Part shown: positions 1 to 8,581 of the stretch, piece by piece | Numbering within the stretch: the first letter of the stretch is position 1 | Layout: each line of letters opens with the position of its first letter | NCBI GenBank assembly: GCA_963783435.1 | Contig: CAWANQ010000004.1 | Location: 948,428 to 1,012,427, forward strand | Direction of reading: 5' to 3' | Length of the DNA stretch: 64,000 nt | Source of the DNA: an uncultured Bacteroidota bacterium | GTDB lineage: Bacteria; Bacteroidota; Bacteroidia; Bacteroidales; GCA-2748055 | Made by a program: the position numbers and the translations under genes | Notes under the pieces: generated by a model | What the model saw: only the letters and a program-made list of their open reading frames with translations | What the model was told of the DNA's origin: nothing | Database searches by the model: none

Positions 1-30
1 TTAAAGGACAACTGATTAAAAATCATTATC

Positions 31-1038
31 ATGAAAATAGCCATACTATCATCCATTGCATGGAGGACACCGCCCAGACAATATGGACCCTGGGAACAGG
101 TATCTTCAAACATCGCCGAAGGACTGGCTGAACGGGGTATTGATGTGACACTATTTGCATCAGGCGATTCGATTACCAAAGGCAAACTGGCCTCCGTAAT
201 TGAGCAACCCTACGCCGAACACCCAGAGGTTGATCCCAAAGTAGCAGAGTGCCTTCACATCAGTCATTTAATGGAACAGGCAAATCAGTTTGATTTAATA
301 CATAACAACTTCGATTTTCTTCCCCTGAGCTATTCCCGCCTGATCAAAACCCCGATGGTTACAACCATTCATGGTTTTTCTTCTCCAAAAATTATTCCGG
401 TTTACAAAAAATACAATAACACAAGTTACTATATATCCATCAGTAATTCTGATCGCAGCCCTGAACTCAGTTATACGGGGACCGTCTATAATGGCATTGA
501 CACAAGGGAGTTTAGTTTCAGTTCCGAATCAGGCAGCTATTTACTCTTTTTTGGCAGGATCCATCCGGAAAAAGGAGTTGTTGAGGCCATCGAAATTGCA
601 AAGAATTCAAATAGAAAGTTGATCATTTCCGGTTTGATTCAGGATCAGGAATATTTTGCCCACAGGGTGAATCCGTATATTGATGGTCAGGAAATAGTGT
701 ACGTGGGCAATTCCGGTCCTGAGGATCGAAACAAGTTACTTGGTGGCGCTTTTGCACTTCTACATCCCATAAGTTTTGAAGAGCCTTTTGGCCTTAGTGT
801 GGTCGAAGCGATGCTATGCGGTACACCAGTAATCGCATTCAAAAGGGGATCTATGTCTGAACTTATTCTGGATGGTAAAACTGGTTTCCTGGTAAATAAC
901 GTTGAAGAAGCTGTGGAGGCGGTGAATAGCATTGAATTTATTAACCGGAGAGCTTGCACCGAATGGGCTTCGTCAACATTTAGCAGTCAAAAAATGGTGG
1001 ATGGTTACCTCGAAGTATATGAGAATATCCTCCGCTAA
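31..1038 (+). CDS. Glycosyltransferase family 4 (GT-B fold)
   Basis: 335-aa ORF. C-terminal GT1/GT4 sugar-nucleotide motif EPFGLSVVEAMLCGTPVIAFKRGSMSELILDGKTGFLV. N-terminus MKIAILSS..WRTPP is typical of GT4. Confidence 0.85.
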   Translation: MKIAILSSIAWRTPPRQYGPWEQVSSNIAEGLAERGIDVTLFASGDSITKGKLASVIEQPYAEHPEVDPKVAECLHISHLMEQANQFDLIHNNFDFLPLSYSRLIKTPMVTTIHGFSSPKIIPVYKKYNNTSYYISISNSDRSPELSYTGTVYNGIDTREFSFSSESGSYLLFFGRIHPEKGVVEAIEIAKNSNRKLIISGLIQDQEYFAHRVNPYIDGQEIVYVGNSGPEDRNKLLGGAFALLHPISFEEPFGLSVVEAMLCGTPVIAFKRGSMSELILDGKTGFLVNNVEEAVEAVNSIEFINRRACTEWASSTFSSQKMVDGYLEVYENILR

Positions 1039-1229
1039 TAACAAGCAGAATTGAATTATAACCTTAGAATTGCCCACACCTCCTTTTTTCAATCCTTGTG
1101 ACCGCGCATCTCATTAAAAAAGGGCGTATTTTTTTCTTCAACGCATTTCACAGCATACAAATAGAGTGCGGCACTCCAGCTCTGCCAGTCCTCCTGGAGA
1201 AGGCGGGTAATCATATAGTATAAGAACTT

Positions 1230-1874
1230 TCATTGCACAGCTCCATAGATCCTAAGCAATTTCCTGGCTTCAAATGTGTTATTAAACTGCCAGAAAGATT
1301 CTGCGCGGGGTGTTGTTTTTGCTTCAAAGCTGCTGCTATCAAATCCGTATATTTCTGTTAGGATACGGTATTTTCGCATCCATATTCTTTTTGTAAGCTT
1401 TCGATAAATGCTTGCATTTTCCATGGGTTGCGGTAGATATTCCTTGTTATTGTCCTCATAAGCAAACACCCAGTGTTCACCGGCCGAAATACTTCCTTTA
1501 TGCCAGAGTCTTATGACAGCCTGGCCCGTTTCCTCATGCCTGAGGTGCCTGGTATATTCACCTGAGGGATGATGGGAAATAACCAGGTCAAAATATTGTT
1601 TAGGTAATAATTCCAGAATGGCATCTTCCACTTCATTGTCCTCCAGGGGTCTTTGATCGGGTCCATCATCCAGGTCGCCCATAATCCCCTTGGATCTTAA
1701 TACCGTCAAAGCCTGTCTGAACCTGGGACTGCGGTCCGGATCACTTCCCCTACAAAGACAGACAATAAAACACTCCCAGCCGGGATGACTCAGGATGGTG
1801 CCTCCTGCCCATAGGGTCTCATCGTCAGGATGAGCGACAATCACAGCTACTTTTTTAGAAGAAAATCGATCCAT
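1230..1874 (-). CDS. PIG-L/LmbE family N-acetylglucosaminyl deacetylase
   Basis: 214 aa. Signature VAVIVAHPDDETLWAGGTI near the N-terminus, with later His-rich segment ISHHPSGEYTRHLRH. Confidence 0.8.
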   Translation of the reverse strand: MDRFSSKKVAVIVAHPDDETLWAGGTILSHPGWECFIVCLCRGSDPDRSPRFRQALTVLRSKGIMGDLDDGPDQRPLEDNEVEDAILELLPKQYFDLVISHHPSGEYTRHLRHEETGQAVIRLWHKGSISAGEHWVFAYEDNNKEYLPQPMENASIYRKLTKRIWMRKYRILTEIYGFDSSSFEAKTTPRAESFWQFNNTFEARKLLRIYGAVQ

Positions 1875-1927
1875 AATTCCAATGGTGTTACATATTTAAC
1901 GGGGCAATATTCTTATTTAACAAATCA

Positions 1928-2398
1928 TTAAAAGGTATAGCGCATGGCGAAAGCTATTTCATCGGCCCAAACTCCTTGATAGCCCCAGAAATTGAAGGCT
2001 GGTTTCCAGTCGAGATTCAGGCTTATTGGGATATCGCTGAAACAGAATTCCAGTCCCAGAATTACATCGAAACCTATCACAGTATAACTTGTTCCCGGTT
2101 CTCCCCATTTGGCATGATCGCCGTTATAGAAACCTAAGTGCGCTCCTAATCCTGCATACCACTTTAATTGATCTGTACGGAACAAGGGGTTATGGAGTTC
2201 ATAAAGCCCGGTAATTCCAACTCCCTTCCATCTCGTTGAGATTATCCCTTCAAGAGCCGATTTGGGACCAAGCATATGCTTCCCAGTGAACCCATTGTAT
2301 ACCCCCACCCTCAGTCCAAGGCCGTTTTTGTAATCCTGAGCATTTCCCACTGAGACCACCATAATGGCAAAAAAGCAGGTGAATAGAAACTTCTTCAT
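1928..2398 (-). CDS. Small outer-membrane beta-barrel protein
   Basis: 156 aa. Signal peptide MKKFLFTCFFAIMVVSVGNAQ, alternating Gly/aromatic strand pattern, C-terminal aromatic end ..AMRYTF. Confidence 0.6.
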   Translation of the reverse strand: MKKFLFTCFFAIMVVSVGNAQDYKNGLGLRVGVYNGFTGKHMLGPKSALEGIISTRWKGVGITGLYELHNPLFRTDQLKWYAGLGAHLGFYNGDHAKWGEPGTSYTVIGFDVILGLEFCFSDIPISLNLDWKPAFNFWGYQGVWADEIAFAMRYTF

Positions 2399-2543
2399 TC
2401 GTTCCGCTTGTTTTTACTCCTAGCTGCCACAAGAAGGATGGCCAGCATGTAGATAAAGTTAACTCACCCCATAAGATAAAGCATTACACAATTAGGAATA
2501 AGAGTTACATCATTCACATGTTTCCTGCAAATGCTGGATGAAG

Positions 2544-4037
2544 CTACTTGGATCTTTTGAGCTCTTCGAGAAGCTCATTCAAATGAACCGTGGCATAGGT
2601 CGATGCATAATCAGATTTAGCATAGGGTATAATCAGATCCTCGTTATGAATCATAGACCCGCAGGAATAAACCACATTGGGAACATATCCCTCCCTTTCT
2701 TCATTATTTGGAACCAGCAATGGTGTATTCAGCCTTCCTATCTCCTTTTCGGGCCGATCCAAATCAAATAGAGAGGCCCCCAGCACATATTCCCGCATGG
2801 GACCCACCCCATGGGTAATAACCAGCCACCCCTCCTTCGTTTCGATGGGTGAGCCGCAGTTTCCAATCTGAATGAATTCCCATGGGTATTTAGGTTCTTG
2901 TAACAATTTTGCTTCACGCCAGATCGTAATATTATCTGAATAGGCGATGTAGTTATTAAAGCCGTCCAGGCGACAAAGCATGACATACTTGCCCTTTATT
3001 CTTCTGGGGAACATGGCCATCCCCTTGTTCTGGGCAATCTCACCATGAAGTGGCAACGACCTGAAATGATAGAAGTCTTTAGTATTCAATAATTTAGGCA
3101 ATATAGTAGTACCATCATAGGCTGTATAAGTGGCATAATACATCACGTCCTGGTTATCCTCCACAAATTTCACAAAACGGGCATCTTCAACGCCATTATT
3201 CTCGTTTGAGGATACAGGAAAAATTACCCTTTCGGATATATTGGTATCTAAAGAAAATTCAAGTTCGTAATGCGACGAAGCCAGCCACATGATCTGATTA
3301 AAGAACATCTCTTTATAGTCGGCCATATGAAGTGACCTTTTATCTTCTTCAATGCATTCTCTAAGCTCGCCATAGGTAAATTTTTCGCCGAGCTTATCCA
3401 TGATTAAACCGGATGGAATAATTCCCTGAAAATCTTTCATTTTATCCAGCTTACTTTGAAAGGAAGCCTTGTCATAAACATGCCTGCGGATATACTCAGC
3501 CTCCTCCAGCAGATTACCCACAGGTTCAATTTTCAGGTTGTTCTCCTTATCAAGCAATCCGGTTCGGAAAACAATGGAAGAAATGTGTCCCTCCCCTGTT
3601 GCCCTGAAACTAAGGATCACCCTCTTCTGGCCCTGAGCGGTTTCGGACTGATCGGGGTGCTCAACCATCGAAGGATTAAAGAAGGCTGCTGATTCAATGG
3701 AATATTCCATGGTAAAATAGGAGCCGATCAATATTCGTCTTGAATAATCGAGAGCCTCTGGATCAATATTTAACTGTTTAAACAGGTGAGCTATGCTGTC
3801 AAAATGCTTCTCAAATACCTTTGAAATATTCCTATGTCGCATCGAGTAATCCCTCAGGGTCTGTTTCAATGTAAGCAAAGCAGCCTCCTCCGACATTTCC
3901 AGAACAGTGCGTATGGTATTTACAGCCCTCTTTTCCCCTGCAAAAAGAAAACGGGCAATGACTCTGCTGGGGTCAGGGTTAAATATGACATTTTTTCTTT
4001 TTACAGTAACCTGCATTTGATCGTCTTTATTTGCCAA
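2544..4037 (-). CDS. GH130-like glycoside phosphorylase/hydrolase with ~190-aa N-terminal extension (cytoplasmic)
   Basis: 497 aa with no signal peptide. The C-terminal half has a GH130/DUF377-type beta-propeller pattern (GVEDARFVKF, GSPIETKEGWLVITHGVG, GYVPNVVYSCG). The N-terminal region is unassigned. Confidence 0.65.
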   Translation of the reverse strand: MANKDDQMQVTVKRKNVIFNPDPSRVIARFLFAGEKRAVNTIRTVLEMSEEAALLTLKQTLRDYSMRHRNISKVFEKHFDSIAHLFKQLNIDPEALDYSRRILIGSYFTMEYSIESAAFFNPSMVEHPDQSETAQGQKRVILSFRATGEGHISSIVFRTGLLDKENNLKIEPVGNLLEEAEYIRRHVYDKASFQSKLDKMKDFQGIIPSGLIMDKLGEKFTYGELRECIEEDKRSLHMADYKEMFFNQIMWLASSHYELEFSLDTNISERVIFPVSSNENNGVEDARFVKFVEDNQDVMYYATYTAYDGTTILPKLLNTKDFYHFRSLPLHGEIAQNKGMAMFPRRIKGKYVMLCRLDGFNNYIAYSDNITIWREAKLLQEPKYPWEFIQIGNCGSPIETKEGWLVITHGVGPMREYVLGASLFDLDRPEKEIGRLNTPLLVPNNEEREGYVPNVVYSCGSMIHNEDLIIPYAKSDYASTYATVHLNELLEELKRSK

Positions 4038-4262
4038 AGGTAATCTCTTAACTTTAATAAGATGAGTTGTTACACTTTATTTGAAACCTGGCTATCATAT
4101 CCTTTAGAAGATGGTATTGAAAGTCGACTTGATATACTTGGTGCACAAAACGATGATTAGAAGAGGCAACGCAAATATGTGAATGATGTAAATTATTAGA
4201 TCAATTGTATAACACTTTATTAGGCAGGTTAATATACTTTTATCTAATAATATACCAGACTT

Positions 4263-5354
4263 ATGAAAAGATATTTGATTTTTTTGGTTCTGTTAATTTG
4301 GGTTGGTTGTACTACAAATCCGGTATTTGAGTGGGATTTTCAAAGCTTCTACAAACCCGTTGAAACTCCGATTCTGGAAGCTGATTCTTCATTGACTTTC
4401 TTTTGTCCTGTGAAGCAGGAAGAGGTACAATGGCAAAAGGCTGATGTCTTTAATCCTGCAGCCATTGTGAAAGATGACAAGATATATCTGCTTGTCCGGA
4501 GTGAGGATAATCCTGATGCAATCCTGGGTGGGAGAACTTCCAGAATAGGCCTGGCTTACAGCGAGGATGGCATACATTTCAAAACACATCCCGAACCCGT
4601 CTTATATCCCGATAGTGGAGAATTCATGCAATATGATTATCCGGGGGGGTGCGAGGATCCAAGGGTGGTTGAAACAGAGGAGGGTCTGTATGTGATGGCC
4701 TATACATCATGGAACCATGATATTGCAAGGTTAAGTATTGCCTTTTCCAAAGACCTTGTAAAATGGGAAAAGAAAGGTCCGGCATTTGCAAAAGCACATG
4801 ATGGAAGGTTTCTAAACCAATGGTCCAAATCCGGATCCATGATTACAAAAATGAAAGACTCCCTGCAGGTCCTGGCCAAAATAGACGATAAATACTGGAT
4901 GTACTGGGGTGAGAATCTGATCAATCTGGCCTGGTCTGAGAATTTATACGACTGGTATCCTTTGCTGAACGACCAGGGTGAATTAAAAGCCCTTATTGAG
5001 CCCCGGAAAAATCAATTTGATAGCCAGCTTACAGAATGCGGCCCGCCAGCCATCATTACAGATAAGGGAATTGTGTTGTTCTACAATGGTAAGAATTCTG
5101 ATGGTGATGATGCATCAAGTGACCTGCCAAGAGGGATGTATTCCGTGGGGAAAGTGGTCTTTGATCTTAACGATCCGGAAAAGGTTATTTCCAGATCCGA
5201 CACTAATTTATTGAGACCAAGCCTGCCGCATGAAATTACCGGGCAGTATAAATCAGGGACAACATTCGCGGAAGGTCTGGTCTATTACAAATCGAAATGG
5301 TTCCTCTATTATGGAACTGCCGACTCATATGTGGGAGTGGCAATATCCAAATAG
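4263..5354 (+). CDS. GH130 family beta-mannoside-active enzyme, lipoprotein
   Basis: 363 aa. Lipoprotein signal LLIWVGC. GH130 pattern ADVFNPAAIVKDDKIYLLVRSED, GGCEDPRVVETEEGLYVMAYTSW, KWFLYYGTADSYVGVA. Confidence 0.7.
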   Translation: MKRYLIFLVLLIWVGCTTNPVFEWDFQSFYKPVETPILEADSSLTFFCPVKQEEVQWQKADVFNPAAIVKDDKIYLLVRSEDNPDAILGGRTSRIGLAYSEDGIHFKTHPEPVLYPDSGEFMQYDYPGGCEDPRVVETEEGLYVMAYTSWNHDIARLSIAFSKDLVKWEKKGPAFAKAHDGRFLNQWSKSGSMITKMKDSLQVLAKIDDKYWMYWGENLINLAWSENLYDWYPLLNDQGELKALIEPRKNQFDSQLTECGPPAIITDKGIVLFYNGKNSDGDDASSDLPRGMYSVGKVVFDLNDPEKVISRSDTNLLRPSLPHEITGQYKSGTTFAEGLVYYKSKWFLYYGTADSYVGVAISK

Positions 5355-5362
5355 GACGGACA

Positions 5363-5388
5363 AGCAGGGGCCTGATTTAGTCCCTGCT
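5363..5388. terminator. Stem-loop between convergent genes (possible bidirectional terminator)
   Basis: AGCAGGG (5363-5369) pairs with CCCTGCT (5382-5388) around a 12-nt loop. It sits in the 32-bp gap between the GH130 and 1041-aa gene ends. No clear U-tract. Confidence 0.35.
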
Positions 5389-8300
5389 ACCTCAAAACCG
5401 TAATCAACTCAACACCCGTCCAATCCTTACCAGTGATGGAAAGCAGGTAAATACCGTTTTTCAATGCCCCAAGAGGCAGACTAAAGCTTGAACTCCCCGC
5501 AACAGCATTCCAAGATATGCTTTCCAGGGCTTGTTTTCCTGACAGGTCAAACAGTGAGACTGAAATAGTTTCGGGCATTGTGGCAATCATTTCAATGTGA
5601 ATAAGAGATCCTGTAACAGGATTTGGATATACCTGATAATGGAAGCCTGTGGATAACACCTGCTCATTCAAATCAACGTTGATGCTATTTTCCATATGAT
5701 CCGCAATCTGAGAAGGAGAAAGACCATAATCGAATATACTAAGCGCATCAAGCCTTCCTTTGAAATTGTAGTTATTATCTCCGGGAAGATTCTGTCCGAA
5801 TACCAGGTCAAAAACCGTCTTTTTTATCAATCCGGAATGCGCAGTAAATGCATCCAGCTTGCCGTCAAGCCAAATTTCCATATCGGTTTTATTGTATACT
5901 ACTGCAAGGTGGTGCCATTGACCCGGAGAAGGAGTGCCCTCAGAGTCCAGATCCCTGATCCCATCGGAGGTATTCACCGTAAAACGGAAATTCTGATCTC
6001 CAATTGAAATCTTGTATCGATTCTGCCAGCTTCCATGAGAGACAGGATGTTGTTCATGTTCCAGAAACTGATCCATCTTAATCCAGCATGCGATAGACAG
6101 GGCATCCTGGAAATTCAGGAGATCACTGTTTGGAATACGAATGGAAGAACTCAGACCGTTAAACTGAGCAGCTTTCATCGGTGATTCTTCCTTATCTGTG
6201 GCCCAGGTGATCCCAAGGGGAGTTCCATGGTTCCCATTCCCGCTTACATCCTGTGCATTTCCATCCAGTGGATAATGGGCCATGAGCCTGCCTGAGGGCT
6301 CAACAGAGAGATCTCGCACCATCACTTGGATGCTGTCGCTATCCGTTAACTGATCTGAATCTGAAACAATACAGGTAATGAAGTAGTTACCTTCCTGATC
6401 CGGAGCAGTATAAGTAGCCAGATCATCATTTGCAGTGATACTCCCTGCAGCTGCCGACCAACTGTAGGTTAGGGCATCGTTATTGATGTCTTCTGCCAGG
6501 CATTTGAGATCAATGGTCCCCATCAGGTGAACTTTTAATGGATCTGCTTCAATGCTCAGAATCTGAGGTGGGTCCATGATCTTTTCCACCACCTCCACCC
6601 GGGTGGAAAGGGTATCCCATTGGTTTCCAGGATCGGTCACTTTGCAAAGGACCTTATAAATACCGGGCTGGGCTGATGGCTGATAAGTAAAGATCGCATT
6701 GCCGTTTGTTGATTCTCCATCCGTCGTCCATTCATAGGAAAGCACTTGTTGCTCGGGATCGGAAGCTGTACAATAGACCCTGGTTGATGAGCCACTTTCT
6801 ATTTTGATGCGCTCAGGTACAAGCGCTTTAATTCTGGGCGGGTGATCTGAAACGGGGTTGCCATTATTGAAATCAATGACAATGTTACCAGCCAGGGTTT
6901 TATTCCCAAAAATGTTAAGCAGTGAGTCGGAAGGATAGTGTACCAGCATCACGGCCTCTTTGGAAGGAATTGTGATACTCGCAATTCCTGAAACACCGGA
7001 CGATATGGATGTATTGGCAATCACATCGTAGAGGTCGAAAGAGCCGGCCGGGAGTGTAAAATCCACTGATTTGTCTGTTTCGAAGGGATTGTAATAGAGG
7101 TAGGTTGGAAATGCATCGTCGCTGTAATAATCAGTTTTCAGCAGATCCAGTTGAAGGATGCCCTCCACATCTGTTTCTTCAATCATGCCTCCCAGAATGC
7201 CCACATGGGAAGAACTATAAAGCATCAGGTTCGTAGATGCCCATCCCCCGGTCATGGCGTCACCGGTTGCGTATGGGCTCTGACCGTTTTTCTTCTCTTT
7301 CATCGATTCATAACCAATATAGGAATCCGGATCATACAGCTGGGCCCATTGTTCATTGTCCTGCATCTCATCAGGCAAATAATTGGGGTAGAAAAGCCGG
7401 GAAGCATTGGCCATGTTGAGTACCCATTTTGCAATGGCCTTAGCAAACCGGTCGTCGTACCTCACCATAGGGACCAGGGCTCCGGCCTGCTCATATCCAT
7501 TCATGGCGAAGGCATAGTCGTTTCCTCCATCGTTGGCTTCACCAACCAAACCGGAACAGTCGTAGTTCCCCCACTTTCCTACGATGGTCCCCCATCCCCT
7601 GAGTTCCCCGCGATTAAAGCACCAGTTGACCATCTTTTCAATATTATACTGGGTACCCATCTCAGCATTTATCCTGGCTGCAGCATATACCCCATAGGGA
7701 AGCTGAAGTTCATAGGAAGGATTCCCTGGATAAGCGTTTAGAAATTCCAGGTTCCATTCCGCACCAATCATGTACTTTCGTTCGCCAGTGATCAAATAAG
7801 CGTTGTAGAGAATCCATGCAATGGCCCCGGCCGCTTCAGGTTCTTTTACGCCTGTTTCCAGGGGAGTCATGGTGGCCATGTACCACGCCCGGTAATTCAC
7901 ATTTGGTAGATTCCAGGGTGTTGCACTGCCACCCATGGCACCGGTAGCAGTCAGCCATTGGTCAGCCAGGGTCTTCACCTGGTAATTAAAATCGCCCGTA
8001 TTTGGGTAGAGATCATTGAGTTGGAGGAAAAAGATATTGGGCATGGTTTCATACCACCAGTCATTCCCTGAGCTGCTGACGGGATGATTCAGATAGATGT
8101 TTTCACTGGGACGTTTGTTAAAATACTCCTCGCACATCAGTACCCAGTTCTGTCCAAACTGGTTTGATTTATCAATCCCGGAAAGAGAAGCCCCCACAAC
8201 CGCCGGGATCACATTGATACCTTCCCCTGCTCCCGGGCTAGAGGTCCCCACAGCAGTATGTAAACCGAAACTACCATGTTCGGGATAATTGATTGTATTG

Positions 8301-8512
8301 TTGCGAAAAAAGAGCAATGGCAGGTATTGTCCGGTCTGATCCTGGTCAAAAACAAGTGAATCGTAACCCTGCGCTACGCTTTTCCAATCCCGCATCAGGA
8401 AGGGTTGCGGAAAATCAGGCATCAAATCAATGCGGGGGATAGAGATCTGCTGTGCATTGAGATTTGCTGCAAACACGAATGCAATTATGATCCATCTGAA
8501 TTTACCAGTCAT
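5387..8512 (-). CDS. Secreted multidomain T9SS cargo: unassigned ~560-aa N-terminal module, PKD-like repeats, LamG/ConA-like domain, T9SS CTD
   Basis: 1041 aa with a signal peptide. Two PKD-like repeats (..LSYEWTTDG.., ..LTYSWSAAAG..). LamG-type segment HYPLDGNAQDVSGNGNHGT..WHHLAVVY. C-terminal YPNPVTGSL...GIYLLSITG sorting domain. Confidence 0.6.
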   Translation of the reverse strand: MTGKFRWIIIAFVFAANLNAQQISIPRIDLMPDFPQPFLMRDWKSVAQGYDSLVFDQDQTGQYLPLLFFRNNTINYPEHGSFGLHTAVGTSSPGAGEGINVIPAVVGASLSGIDKSNQFGQNWVLMCEEYFNKRPSENIYLNHPVSSSGNDWWYETMPNIFFLQLNDLYPNTGDFNYQVKTLADQWLTATGAMGGSATPWNLPNVNYRAWYMATMTPLETGVKEPEAAGAIAWILYNAYLITGERKYMIGAEWNLEFLNAYPGNPSYELQLPYGVYAAARINAEMGTQYNIEKMVNWCFNRGELRGWGTIVGKWGNYDCSGLVGEANDGGNDYAFAMNGYEQAGALVPMVRYDDRFAKAIAKWVLNMANASRLFYPNYLPDEMQDNEQWAQLYDPDSYIGYESMKEKKNGQSPYATGDAMTGGWASTNLMLYSSSHVGILGGMIEETDVEGILQLDLLKTDYYSDDAFPTYLYYNPFETDKSVDFTLPAGSFDLYDVIANTSISSGVSGIASITIPSKEAVMLVHYPSDSLLNIFGNKTLAGNIVIDFNNGNPVSDHPPRIKALVPERIKIESGSSTRVYCTASDPEQQVLSYEWTTDGESTNGNAIFTYQPSAQPGIYKVLCKVTDPGNQWDTLSTRVEVVEKIMDPPQILSIEADPLKVHLMGTIDLKCLAEDINNDALTYSWSAAAGSITANDDLATYTAPDQEGNYFITCIVSDSDQLTDSDSIQVMVRDLSVEPSGRLMAHYPLDGNAQDVSGNGNHGTPLGITWATDKEESPMKAAQFNGLSSSIRIPNSDLLNFQDALSIACWIKMDQFLEHEQHPVSHGSWQNRYKISIGDQNFRFTVNTSDGIRDLDSEGTPSPGQWHHLAVVYNKTDMEIWLDGKLDAFTAHSGLIKKTVFDLVFGQNLPGDNNYNFKGRLDALSIFDYGLSPSQIADHMENSINVDLNEQVLSTGFHYQVYPNPVTGSLIHIEMIATMPETISVSLFDLSGKQALESISWNAVAGSSSFSLPLGALKNGIYLLSITGKDWTGVELITVLR

Positions 8513-8523
8513 GATTGAAAGAA

Positions 8524-8565
8524 TTAAAAAGAGATTGTCACAAATTAAATTTGTAACAACCTCTT
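8524..8565 (-). terminator. Rho-independent terminator after the tandem-LamG gene
   Basis: Imperfect long hairpin at 8529-8565: AAGAG/CTCTT outer stem and TTGTCACAAATT/AATTTGTAACAA inner stem with 1 mismatch. On the minus strand it is followed by TTTTT (A-run 8526-8530). Confidence 0.55.
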
Positions 8566-8581
8566 TTATTGTAAACTACTC

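Noticed and set aside
7151-7741. 196-aa ORF on the plus strand inside the 1041-aa gene
   Set aside because: It lies entirely antisense to a gene with clear domain content. The translation is His/Gly/Pro-rich with no motif, so it is a typical shadow ORF.
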